Below are positions 18,178 through 27,608 of a stretch of DNA of 39,824 nt, piece by piece (within the stretch, counting starts at the first letter, position 1; the number at the start of each line of letters is the position of its first letter). The stretch is from the NCBI GenBank assembly GCA_964470965.1, contig CAYYIS010000045.1, forward strand, positions 1 through 39,824, in the 5' to 3' direction. Under the pieces are notes generated by a model, which did no database searches, was not told the DNA's origin, and was given only the letters and a program-made list of their open reading frames with translations. The stretch comes from an uncultured Gemmatimonadota bacterium (lineage in GTDB: Bacteria; JAAXHH01; JABIQT01). The translations under genes and the position numbers were made by a program.

Positions 18178-19437
18178 ATGAAGATCGTCCACGCTGAAGT
18201 CATCGCCCTGAACATCCCCTTTTATGCGGAGCACGTGACCAGGGCCATGAATCGCGCCAACACACATACCGAACGAGTCTGGGTTTACCGTTTGGAGACC
18301 GACAATGGGCTGGTTTCCTGGACCGACGGCCACGGCCACGACAACGTGGATGATTTGATCGGGAAGAACCCGTATGCAATCATGAGAGACGACAGCATCG
18401 GATTCGGCCCCCAGGTCGCGGTGCTGGACTTGATAGGTCAGGACGCCGGCGTGCCGATACATGCTCTTCTAGGCTCAAAATTGAGGGAAAAGTGTCCGAT
18501 ATCCTGGTGGGACATCGATATGCCGGCGGGGGATTGGGTCAAGGAGGCACAAGAGTCGGTCAAACGCGGCTATACCTGCTTCAAAATGAAAGCCCGGCCC
18601 TGGCGTGATATCATCAATCAGACCAATAAGGTCAGTGGTGTGGTTCCGGGAGACTACAAATTTGACATAGATTTTAACGGTTTCCTGCTCACCGCTGCCA
18701 AAGCGGAGATGTTTCTACAACAACTCGATGAAAATCCGAACGTTGGGATGTATGAAAGCCCATTCTATCTCCGATACGATTTAGAGGGGGCAAAAATCCT
18801 CCGGACCAGGGTAAGAAAACCGATTGTCGAACATTTCCAGGAATCGGTGTTGCACGCCCACGCAAGTGATGGGTTTGTTGTCGGCGGCGGCGTGACAGCG
18901 ACGATGCGGCAGGCTGTTCTCGCAGCCGAATTCAACAAACCCTTTTGGCTACAGCTTGTGGGTGCGGGACCTACCACGGCATTCGCGGCACATCTTGGTT
19001 CCGTCCTGTCGCATGCCCAGCTACCGTATATCACCTGTCATGAATTATGGGAACATGATTTGCTTATGAAGCCGATCAACGTGGAAAATGGATATATGCA
19101 GGTGTCCGATAAACCTGGACTTGGGGTTGAGGTTGATGTCAAGGCAGTTGAAAAATATAGGGTGGATAGAGATGAACCCACGCCGGCGCAGCGATACCGG
19201 GCCAAAAAGAGGATCTTGCGCGTGATATCCCCCGGTGTGGGTAAGAAAAAGCGGATGTGGGAGTTCACTGATGAGACCATATACCAACCCGAATTCTATA
19301 AAGGAAATCTACCGGGCTTTGAAAGAGAGGTGGACCTGGAGGTGATCGAGGAAGATAAGAGCCCTGCGTTCAAGAAGGCGCACAAAAAACTGCAGGAATC
19401 AGAAGCGACGGTGGCAAGGGAACCGAAGGGGTTCTGA
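18178..19437 (+). CDS. Enolase-superfamily enzyme (MR/MLE-like) with a charged C-terminal extension
   Basis: MKIVHAEVIALNIPF is an MR/MLE N-terminal start, and the protein is 419 aa. A strong AAGGAGA SD lies upstream. The C-terminal roughly 60 aa are K/E-rich and lie outside the canonical barrel. Confidence 0.8.
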   Translation: MKIVHAEVIALNIPFYAEHVTRAMNRANTHTERVWVYRLETDNGLVSWTDGHGHDNVDDLIGKNPYAIMRDDSIGFGPQVAVLDLIGQDAGVPIHALLGSKLREKCPISWWDIDMPAGDWVKEAQESVKRGYTCFKMKARPWRDIINQTNKVSGVVPGDYKFDIDFNGFLLTAAKAEMFLQQLDENPNVGMYESPFYLRYDLEGAKILRTRVRKPIVEHFQESVLHAHASDGFVVGGGVTATMRQAVLAAEFNKPFWLQLVGAGPTTAFAAHLGSVLSHAQLPYITCHELWEHDLLMKPINVENGYMQVSDKPGLGVEVDVKAVEKYRVDRDEPTPAQRYRAKKRILRVISPGVGKKKRMWEFTDETIYQPEFYKGNLPGFEREVDLEVIEEDKSPAFKKAHKKLQESEATVAREPKGF

Positions 19438-19777
19438 CCAGTGCCCTTTATCTGCTACCCATCCAATTCTTTCCGGGAATCAGCGGAAAGCAATTGCGCC
19501 GTCTGCCATGAGCCCGGGAGCACTATGGGATAGCGGTCCAGCAGCATCACGTGCAAAGAGAATCATTGAGGCCATGATCATTTGCCCGCAACCACTCCCA
19601 CGGTTACGGAATATGTCATGGCCTCTTCCTTTGCGTAAATATCCGATTACATATCAGTGCGTGTAAAGAACCTTTTACCAGCACCCGTCAATAGATTTCC
19701 GTAAAAACAGGCGAAGATCACTTATTGATTCAGTTCCCTATGAAAATTGGGTCTTTTGTTCGCCCGTATTATCCATT

Positions 19778-20524
19778 TCAAACTGCGTTTACCACCGCTT
19801 CATGATTCTCTATTGATGGCGGAACAATCATTCTTTTTTGCTGAGAGGTCAGTCCCCCCAGGTCTACCGTGTCATAGTAATTAAGCGCCCATGTTGAATA
19901 CCCGGGACTGTATTTAAAGAGAATGTTCCGTCGCTCATGATCTGCCTGCCAGGGCAGCGTCCCATGAATGGTGGATTCCGTAAATATGAACACGTCACCG
20001 GCTTCAACAGCGGGCTGCACAACATAGTGTGCATCCTGTTCAAACCGCTTGATAGCCTGGGGGATTTCGGTTACCGAATAGTTGCTTTTGTGACTCCCAG
20101 GAACACAGCAGAATCCTCCGGCCCCGGCAGGGGCGTCTGTGAGGAAATAGGTCACCACTGTTAACCCGTTCTCCATCCTTCCGTTTCGAAACCGGTACCA
20201 GTGGGATCCACCATGACCTCCATGCAAGCCCCCATGGCCGTCTCTCTTTTGCATGAACATGCCATAGTCATGATCGAGGCGCAGTTTGGGGCCGAGGAGT
20301 TCGATAAGATACGGCATTACAGCCTGATGATCGATCAGATCCCGCACCGGTTTCCCCCAGGGCAAGAGAGAAGTTTCCTTGCCGGCGATTTCTTCTCCTT
20401 AGGGATAGGTTTTAAATTTTAGGGCTGCAACCTCGTTGAGTACTGCGATTTCTTCCCTGGTTAACACGTTTTTAACAAGGAGATATCCCTCCAGGTCAAA
20501 CATGAATTTTCCATGAATATTCAT
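19778..20524 (-). pseudogene. PhyH-family dioxygenase interrupted by a single in-frame TAA (possible pseudogene or sequencing error)
   Basis: The N-terminal 41 codons (MNIHGKFMFDLEGYLLVKNVLTREEIAVLNEVAALKFKTYP) end at TAA (20399-20401). The same frame continues as GEEIAGKETSLLPWGKPVRDL... to 19778 (ORF track 19778..20365, TTG start). Elsewhere in the window TAA is a normal stop (for example the GNAT gene). Confidence 0.6.
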
Positions 20525-20566
20525 AAACCGTTTCTCCAGTAAGAGAGGATATGCAACGCAGAACAA

Positions 20567-21577
20567 TCAACCATGCCGCGACATCCAGGTATTGATCAGA
20601 AACCGGGCGATTGAATCTCTACGGGGCAGACGAACGGCGGCTGATTCATCTTCCCATGCCCCGGCTTCAAGGATTTCATCCGCTGTAAACCAACGGGCGG
20701 TTTCCAATTCCTCATCATCAACCCTGATCTCCGTGGTTTGGGCCGTGGCATAAAATCCGAGCATGATCGACGCCGGAAATGGCCAGGGTTGGGATGCCTC
20801 GTATCGCACGTCAGTGACTTCCACACCAACCTCCTCCATCACCTCTCTTGCGACGGCCTCCTCCAGGCTTTCACCGGGTTCTACGAAACCTGCTAGTGTT
20901 GAATAAACTCTGGGAGGCAGGCGTCTGTGACTCGCCATGAGGCACATTGGTGAACCTCCGCCATGAGGGTAATGTTCCACCAGCATAATGACGGCTGGAT
21001 CGGTACGTGGATATGTTTCTCGGCCACAGTCCGGATTCATACACAACCGCATGTGCCCTCCATTTCTGTTTTCTGCCAGGTGACCGCACCTACCGCAGAA
21101 TTTATGCGATGTGTGCCAGTGCATGATGCCTCTGGCATAAGCAAGAACGGAAGCATCCCGGGCAGCCATGTACTGCCCCGTTAACCGCAGATCCAGAAAG
21201 ACGCCAGGTACCATTTCCGTTACTTTTTGCTCATTTACCGGAGATAGATCTACAGCAAAAACCGGGATGCCGCCATCCATTCCGAGAAACACGGACTCCT
21301 CGGAGGCACCCACCAGATCGTCCGCCCTGCGCCTTTCATAGAAAATAGGGATAGCGGGTGTGTTACCGTCCGCCCTGCCTTCCACAAGATTTTTATCTTT
21401 CCATACAGGAATAATTCTTGCATACGGGTTTGCAAATTGTCCAACGACCCATGCAGCATCTTTTCTGAGATTTTCGGTCCGGTCCAGATTTCCGCCCGCA
21501 TAATGTATATGATTGATTGACACAGCCTCGGCGTCCTTTGTATATATGTGTAATATGTCCTTAAATGATGTATCCAT
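20567..21577 (-). CDS. nudC: NAD+ diphosphatase NudC (Nudix hydrolase with zinc ribbon)
   Basis: A C4 zinc ribbon (CGRCGH ... CMNPDCGRETYPRTDPAVIMLV) is followed by a Nudix box (GFVEPGESLEEAVAREVMEEVGV). The N-terminal region is longer than in E. coli NudC. Confidence 0.85.
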   Translation of the reverse strand: MDTSFKDILHIYTKDAEAVSINHIHYAGGNLDRTENLRKDAAWVVGQFANPYARIIPVWKDKNLVEGRADGNTPAIPIFYERRRADDLVGASEESVFLGMDGGIPVFAVDLSPVNEQKVTEMVPGVFLDLRLTGQYMAARDASVLAYARGIMHWHTSHKFCGRCGHLAENRNGGHMRLCMNPDCGRETYPRTDPAVIMLVEHYPHGGGSPMCLMASHRRLPPRVYSTLAGFVEPGESLEEAVAREVMEEVGVEVTDVRYEASQPWPFPASIMLGFYATAQTTEIRVDDEELETARWFTADEILEAGAWEDESAAVRLPRRDSIARFLINTWMSRHG

Positions 21578-21595
21578 TGTAACCGGTATGATACC

Positions 21596-22033
21596 ATGTC
21601 AAAAGGAAAATCCTGGCACCAGGGGTTGAATTTCGAGTGCCATCAATGTGGCCACTGTTGCACTTTCCCCGGCGGTACCGTTTTCGCGACCGAAAAAGAG
21701 TTCCAGAGAATATCGGAACATCTGAATTTGAGCTTCGAGGAATTTCTGGATACCTACACGGACGATATGGATGGATATGTATCTCTCATATCAAAACCTG
21801 AAGGGCCTTGCATCTTCTATGACAACGGGTGTACGATCTACGAAATACGCCCCACCCAGTGTAGAACCTATCCATTCTGGAATCATATCGTAAAATCTCC
21901 GCGAAAATGGGAGGAAGAGGCGAAGACCTGTAAAGGGATAAACCGAGGAAAACGCTGGCTCAACAAGGAAATAAAACAACTGCTGAAAAACATGGATCAG
22001 AAATGGATGCCTGCCGGGAGACAATCCGGATAA
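21596..22033 (+). CDS. YkgJ/UPF0153-family cysteine-cluster protein
   Basis: CHQCGHCC, a later C-x-x-x-x-x-x-C, and a CRTYPFW motif. Length is 145 aa. Confidence 0.75.
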   Translation: MSKGKSWHQGLNFECHQCGHCCTFPGGTVFATEKEFQRISEHLNLSFEEFLDTYTDDMDGYVSLISKPEGPCIFYDNGCTIYEIRPTQCRTYPFWNHIVKSPRKWEEEAKTCKGINRGKRWLNKEIKQLLKNMDQKWMPAGRQSG

Positions 22034-25000
22034 TCAGAAAAACGCTCTCACTTCAGCCCTGGCCGTGTGTACCACAGATCTTTGCGGGTCTGTTCTGCCG
22101 TCGTAGTTGATAAGCATACTGACGTTTTGACCGATCCGGTAGTCCAGGCTGCCATGCCATCTCCCGCTATTACCGCGACGCCTTCCGTTCACCATTTCGA
22201 AGGGAAGTGCGGCATTGCGGGATGCCTGTACGTTGGCCCAGTCGACCTCCAATCTAGCCCGTCCCTTTCCCCGGAATGAGTAGGTAACCCTCGGAACTAT
22301 ACTGATTATTGATGAATTCAATAGATGAAGACGATCCTTGTCGTATCCCCCAACGAGTTTGATGAATAACTCGAGAGGCTGGGTGGGGCGGTGTGAAAGA
22401 GTCACGAATCCATTGTTCGATATGATCCGAAAGCGCTCCCGTCCTGAATCAGTCCTGCGCCTGGAAGCTCTGGCGAATGTGAGTTCCGTAACCGTTTTAG
22501 GTGTCAACGAGGCCCTGACCCTGACAGATCTTTCAGCCTTGTACCTGTGTTCGCCGCCGGTGATCAATTGATTGTTCATTGTACTTAACCGCTGATACCG
22601 TAAACGTACCGAGATCCTTCGATGCTTGGGAAACAGAAACATATCATGCCTTAAGTTCATCGAACCTAGAACCGTGGTGCTGTCCTGCTGAAACTGATTG
22701 AGATTCAACAGATACAATGTTTTGCGGTTGTTGGATTTGGATTGTTCATCGACTGCTATATACGTGTCGCTGGACACATTCCTTAAAAGCGCACCAAGCG
22801 CTCCCGTCTGCGATTTTACTTTGCGATACATTTGAGATTGAAATCTAAAACTAGCCTTCACCCCCGTAACCGGTTCGAAAGTACCTACATTATCGTACTG
22901 TGCGATGTATTCACCGTCGGAATCGGGGATATACTCACCCGCGAGATCATCAAACCTGAGGTTTCCTCTGCCTCGCCCGACCCTGACATAGCGCCGGTTG
23001 GTCCTCGCGCTGCTCGTGTTATTGACTTCATAACGCATATCCATCGATATCGCCCGGCGCCAAGGGCTATACGCCACTCTTCCATCGATCAGGCTTTCGG
23101 TGTTGTCTGTCCCGTCAACTTCTTTAAACAACCTCCTCCTGTTGATCATCCGCGCCGACATGGTCAAAGAGCGCCATTCTTGTAGCGCGATGCTTTGCTG
23201 CAGCGTTCGTGCGGTTGATTCGTGCCTCCAATCCCTGGTGTTCGTGCCGGTTGGACCGACCACCGATGTAGTCCTGAAGGCGGCGGAGCTGAGCAACGAA
23301 ATATTACCGATTCGGACACTTTCAAACCCCGTGCTGACTTCCCTGAAATATTGACCTGCATCCAAGATTCCATTCTCATGCTGAATCTGATTTTCCTCGA
23401 GCACGCCTATAAAGGGTTTCACGTATCTTGAATCAAAAGATCCGCGGAACTGATTTCTGCGCCAACGATTCATGTATGCACGCTGTTCTGAATTGGAAGA
23501 GGGAAGGGGGATGGTCTGTCGCTCGGATCCAGCGCCGTATTCCTGGAAATCATATTTTATCTGAATTGAACGGGCGGGCGTAACAACCATTCCTACCTGT
23601 CGACGATTCGATAGGAAGCCATCCGCTCGCGACATCCTGCCCCACCCACCTGTAAACCGTGTATACTCCCCTACGGCATGACTGCCGTTAAACTCCATCA
23701 CTTGCCCCCTCCAGGATTGTAAAGCATCCTGGCCATATCTTCTATGATACTCCGCCTGATCCAGGCGGCCTGCGGGATTGAATGACCGCTGCACGTTTCG
23801 AAAAACACCGCTTGCAGACACATCGCCGAGGGAAGTCCGCCCGATACTCAAAGTGCGAGGGGCAATGTCTGTCTTAATGAGAAACGCGTTGCCGTGCCGA
23901 GCCCTCTGCTGCGGGCGGTTCGACTGAATATCTTCGTCGAATCCGCTGAAAGCAAACTCACCGGTCACGGACACCCCATTTATGGGAGTGGAACGCACGT
24001 CGAAGGCAAGAAGGGATTGGGAGGTGGGAAGAGGGAGCTGAGACGCGGAATTGACCGTTTCCTGTTCTGCTTCATTTGGTTTGCGAGATACACCCGGGGG
24101 CTGTAAACCAAAGTTCTGATAGGCTGCGCGATCATCGGATTCCCGAATGAAGGTTGTCCCGAACGCAATGTGTTCCCCCAATTTCATTTCCCCACGGCCA
24201 ATATACAAATTACGTCTGTACTGTTGATCGGAGGCTTCAAAATCGACTACGATCCTGGAGTCACCTGTTACCAGCCGGTTTCTTGTAAATGTTATTTGAG
24301 CACTGGTGTAATCTATGGCATAATCCTGGTCCTCCCCGCGAACCATTCGTTTACCATCGACCCACACCCGCTCTGTACCTGCGACCACCAGGATGGCCCG
24401 ATCACCTGTTTCCCCCGTGAGTTCATACGGGCCCTGATTACCTTCTACGCCCTGAAAGCGGTTCGTGGTGTACTTGCCGTCCGAAACTGCGGCAGCCAAC
24501 TGAAAGGAACCGTTGGGCGTGTTTATGTGGCTCTGAACTCCCTTGAGCTTACGGTTGTATCTACCGAGTATTGACTTGTCAAAGTTCAATGTATAATCAC
24601 CCATGGTAGTTGTCATATTGGGGGTTTTGACCTGTACTAAAACATTGTCCAATTCCTGCAGTTTCCGAGTGTTACCTTCCGGCTGGATCGGGCTGCTCTT
24701 GTCAGATAATATCGCTACAATATCAACATTTTCAGCTGCTTTTCCTGTAATCCGTATGCGAAGGGACTGACCTAACGATGCATCCCTGTGGGAACCGGTC
24801 AAAACACTGAAGGTTTTACTCCCGGTTACATCGAGACTTGAATTGATGCCTGAAAATGTATTCCGCAGCACGGAAGGCGTTTCGATGGTCTGCGTTGTTT
24901 TATGGGATTGGGTATCAGGCAGCACATGTTCGATCACCATGCGCCTGTGGATGTAGCTATTCTGCAGGGCGATAGGATATATTTCATAGGATACATGAAT

Positions 25001-25312
25001 TACTGAATGAGGCCTCTGCGTGCGAAAAAATGATAATTGTCCCCGCTCATAGTCCATTTCGTAATCAATATTTCTCAGAAGGGGTGTACCGACATCGGTC
25101 GAGACAAGGTCCGTGTGCAGGACAACAAAACGATCCGGCAACTGGTAAACGGCCTGGTCTGGTTTGAACGAAAATTGAATGGTTTTTTTATACAGGGATT
25201 TTGTGGAGTCTTGCAATGAATCAACCGCATAAGCAGTTGTAACATCACAGCTTAAAGCAAGTGTGGAGGCGAAGATGAAGAATAACGGGATAAAGGATAT
25301 TACGGTACGCAT
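22034..25312 (-). CDS. Large secreted beta-rich outer-membrane protein (1092 aa), function unknown
   Basis: An N-terminal signal peptide (MRTVISFIPLFFIFASTLALS) and essentially no Cys after the signal. Amphipathic alternating Y/R/S/T/N-rich segments run throughout, and the C-terminus ends ...RAEVRAFF (aromatic terminal Phe). The CDS call is confident; the functional call is not. Confidence 0.6.
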   Translation of the reverse strand: MRTVISFIPLFFIFASTLALSCDVTTAYAVDSLQDSTKSLYKKTIQFSFKPDQAVYQLPDRFVVLHTDLVSTDVGTPLLRNIDYEMDYERGQLSFFRTQRPHSVIHVSYEIYPIALQNSYIHRRMVIEHVLPDTQSHKTTQTIETPSVLRNTFSGINSSLDVTGSKTFSVLTGSHRDASLGQSLRIRITGKAAENVDIVAILSDKSSPIQPEGNTRKLQELDNVLVQVKTPNMTTTMGDYTLNFDKSILGRYNRKLKGVQSHINTPNGSFQLAAAVSDGKYTTNRFQGVEGNQGPYELTGETGDRAILVVAGTERVWVDGKRMVRGEDQDYAIDYTSAQITFTRNRLVTGDSRIVVDFEASDQQYRRNLYIGRGEMKLGEHIAFGTTFIRESDDRAAYQNFGLQPPGVSRKPNEAEQETVNSASQLPLPTSQSLLAFDVRSTPINGVSVTGEFAFSGFDEDIQSNRPQQRARHGNAFLIKTDIAPRTLSIGRTSLGDVSASGVFRNVQRSFNPAGRLDQAEYHRRYGQDALQSWRGQVMEFNGSHAVGEYTRFTGGWGRMSRADGFLSNRRQVGMVVTPARSIQIKYDFQEYGAGSERQTIPLPSSNSEQRAYMNRWRRNQFRGSFDSRYVKPFIGVLEENQIQHENGILDAGQYFREVSTGFESVRIGNISLLSSAAFRTTSVVGPTGTNTRDWRHESTARTLQQSIALQEWRSLTMSARMINRRRLFKEVDGTDNTESLIDGRVAYSPWRRAISMDMRYEVNNTSSARTNRRYVRVGRGRGNLRFDDLAGEYIPDSDGEYIAQYDNVGTFEPVTGVKASFRFQSQMYRKVKSQTGALGALLRNVSSDTYIAVDEQSKSNNRKTLYLLNLNQFQQDSTTVLGSMNLRHDMFLFPKHRRISVRLRYQRLSTMNNQLITGGEHRYKAERSVRVRASLTPKTVTELTFARASRRRTDSGRERFRIISNNGFVTLSHRPTQPLELFIKLVGGYDKDRLHLLNSSIISIVPRVTYSFRGKGRARLEVDWANVQASRNAALPFEMVNGRRRGNSGRWHGSLDYRIGQNVSMLINYDGRTDPQRSVVHTARAEVRAFF

Positions 25313-25420
25313 ATCACGCCTACAGGTTTTTAGGAACCAACAGGTTGATAGATTTTAATACTTTCTTTATTAATATGAATCGATAAAAAGCATTAGCAAT
25401 ATGCGTATGGGGTCAACCCT

Positions 25421-26200
25421 CTATTGTAGTGTATTGTCACTTGCCGCTAACACGATGTCACGGCTGTGTTTTATAGCCCCGATCGGATCTGGCAGGGCGT
25501 CTTTCAGTTCGAGGCTGACGCCACCCCTGTAACCTGTCTCACGGAGGGTGTTTATTGTGGTGCGGATCATTTCATCCGTCAGGATACCGTCGCACAAGCT
25601 CAGGTGCAGGTCGTCGACGCCGTCATTATCGTCAAAATGTACATATCCCAATCTGTCACCCGCCCGGATGATCGCGTCGGATGGATCTTCACCTGAAATT
25701 TGGGCGTGCCCAATGTCGAGCAGCAGGTACAGATTGGGATGTGAGACGTCCTGAATGAACGACAGGGTTTCTGCGACAGTCGGCAATGACCGCCCGGGAA
25801 AATGTTCGATACAAACTTTAATATCAAATTCGGACGCCCTGTCAGCTAAATGCGCCAGGTGGCCGGCAAAGCGTGACAGGGCTCCGGTATCACTGGCGAA
25901 ATCCGGCACGACGTAGGCGTATCCTGCGTCAGCCCAAATGGCATGTTCAAATGCCTTGAGGAGATACGCTCTCGACTCCTTGGACCGTTCCGAATCATGA
26001 TCATCTAGGCTGTATCCCTCCGGAATGCCAAAAGAAAGACCTACGCAGGATACAGGCAGTTCTGGCTTTTCTGTTTGATCCTGAAAATCGATTGCCCGTA
26101 TGTCGATGTGCCGAAACCCAATGTCAGAAAGTGTCTTTACCCTTAGTGGGTTTTTATCGCTCAGAGCCCAGATACAACAGGACAGATACATGGAAGACAT
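25421..26200 (-). CDS. Sugar-phosphate isomerase/epimerase (xylose-isomerase-like TIM barrel)
   Basis: An AP-endonuclease-2 / xylose isomerase-like TIM fold with metal-ligand-type motifs (VCIEHFPGR, LLLDIGHAQ, GYVHFDDND). The start is taken at MSSMYLS (26200), 34 nt after the sulfatase stop. The ORF track's longer form overlaps the sulfatase. Confidence 0.7.
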   Translation of the reverse strand: MSSMYLSCCIWALSDKNPLRVKTLSDIGFRHIDIRAIDFQDQTEKPELPVSCVGLSFGIPEGYSLDDHDSERSKESRAYLLKAFEHAIWADAGYAYVVPDFASDTGALSRFAGHLAHLADRASEFDIKVCIEHFPGRSLPTVAETLSFIQDVSHPNLYLLLDIGHAQISGEDPSDAIIRAGDRLGYVHFDDNDGVDDLHLSLCDGILTDEMIRTTINTLRETGYRGGVSLELKDALPDPIGAIKHSRDIVLAASDNTLQ

Positions 26201-26234
26201 CCCGGGATGGTGTTGGTCGGTTTGAGGCAATAGA

Positions 26235-27602
26235 CTATTCGGTCTGATTGTACATTTCGTTGTTAAATTGTTGTCCAAGTTCAAGAATACCGGTTTTGGG
26301 ATCTCTAACACCGGTGTCGAACGGATCCCCCGTTTCTTCGATCCATCTTGACAGCCGCGCTTCCTGTTCGTTCTGACAATCGATATAATCGGGTGATCCG
26401 GCCAGATTGTTCAATTCATAGGGGTCGCTGTCCCGGTCGAACAACACCGGGCCGTATTCATCTTTGTACCATCGTGCGTATACCCAACGGTCCGTTCGTA
26501 ATCCTCGCCAGAACCCTACCCACTCCCCCCGATGGGGCCAACCAGGACCCAATATCTGCAAGTAAACGGAATCTGACCGGGGGCCGTCAGCACCAAGCAG
26601 GTGATGCGACTGGTCGACGCCCTGTACGGAATCGGGAATCTTTGCATCACATAGACTGAGAATAGTCGGCATGAGATCCACGCTGCTTACGAGAGCGTCT
26701 GAGCGTACACCTGCAGGGATGTGCCCCGGCCATCGGGCAACGAATGGCACGTGGATCGACTCCTCGTACGGGGTAGCTTTTGATGCCCGAAACGAGTGAT
26801 GCATCCAGCGGTCCATGGGTTTGCCGTAACCATGGCTGCTGAGATGATCACCGTGGTCGGATGTGAAAATCAGGATGGTATCGTCTGAAATACCCAGCCG
26901 CTCCATAGCCTCAACAACCCTGCCGAATTGCGCGTCGAGACCAGTTATGTTACCGTAATAATCAGCTATTTCCTTCCGGGCGAAAGCAGCCATCTGGTCC
27001 GGTACGTTAGGCGGCAGATCCACTTTCTCAGGATCGTAGATATCATAGGCATCCGGATATTCGTCATAAGGCCAGTGCGGCGGTCCCCAACTCATGATCA
27101 GACAGAAGGGATCTGTGGATGATTCCATGAATCTAATGGCCAGGTCCGTTTCGATTTCCGGCGCCCAGCCGTCCATGGAAATGGGCCCTGTTTCGTTCTC
27201 GAAATAATCCGTCTTGTAGTAGCTGTGCCGGCAGTCGTAAGCGGCCATATAGTCGAAACCGGATCTGTTATCCTGGGTATAGGGGGGATATCCAAGATGC
27301 CATTTTCCAACATAACCAGTCGTGTACCCCGCTCGTTTCAAAACATCTGGAAGGACGGCCTGGTTGGGATGCAGGCTGTATTCATTATCAAGGACCCCGT
27401 TGCAATGAGAATACCGCCCGGTCATCAGTTGACCACGATAGGGCGAACAGATCGGACAGCTGGAGTACACCTGGTCCAGTACGATCCCCTGACTTGCGAG
27501 AAGATCCAGGTTCGGTGTCTCTATAACGGGATTGTCGCTCGTTCCCATCGCTGAGTACCGGTGCTGGTCGTCAAATATGAAGACTACATTTGGACGGTCC
27601 AT
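26235..27602 (-). CDS. Cys-type sulfatase (arylsulfatase / S1 family)
   Basis: VVFIFDDQHRY and the formylglycine signature C-S-P-Y-R followed by GQLMTGRY, plus other conserved sulfatase blocks. Length is 455 aa with no signal peptide. Confidence 0.9.
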   Translation of the reverse strand: MDRPNVVFIFDDQHRYSAMGTSDNPVIETPNLDLLASQGIVLDQVYSSCPICSPYRGQLMTGRYSHCNGVLDNEYSLHPNQAVLPDVLKRAGYTTGYVGKWHLGYPPYTQDNRSGFDYMAAYDCRHSYYKTDYFENETGPISMDGWAPEIETDLAIRFMESSTDPFCLIMSWGPPHWPYDEYPDAYDIYDPEKVDLPPNVPDQMAAFARKEIADYYGNITGLDAQFGRVVEAMERLGISDDTILIFTSDHGDHLSSHGYGKPMDRWMHHSFRASKATPYEESIHVPFVARWPGHIPAGVRSDALVSSVDLMPTILSLCDAKIPDSVQGVDQSHHLLGADGPRSDSVYLQILGPGWPHRGEWVGFWRGLRTDRWVYARWYKDEYGPVLFDRDSDPYELNNLAGSPDYIDCQNEQEARLSRWIEETGDPFDTGVRDPKTGILELGQQFNNEMYNQTE

Positions 27603-27608
27603 TAAGCA

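Noticed and set aside
22868-22880. GGTTCGAA-like strings such as 22871 and 1670, checked as possible tRNA T-arm signatures
   Set aside because: They are embedded in protein-coding sequence with no surrounding cloverleaf-compatible pairing. No tRNA, rRNA or tmRNA is evident anywhere in the window.
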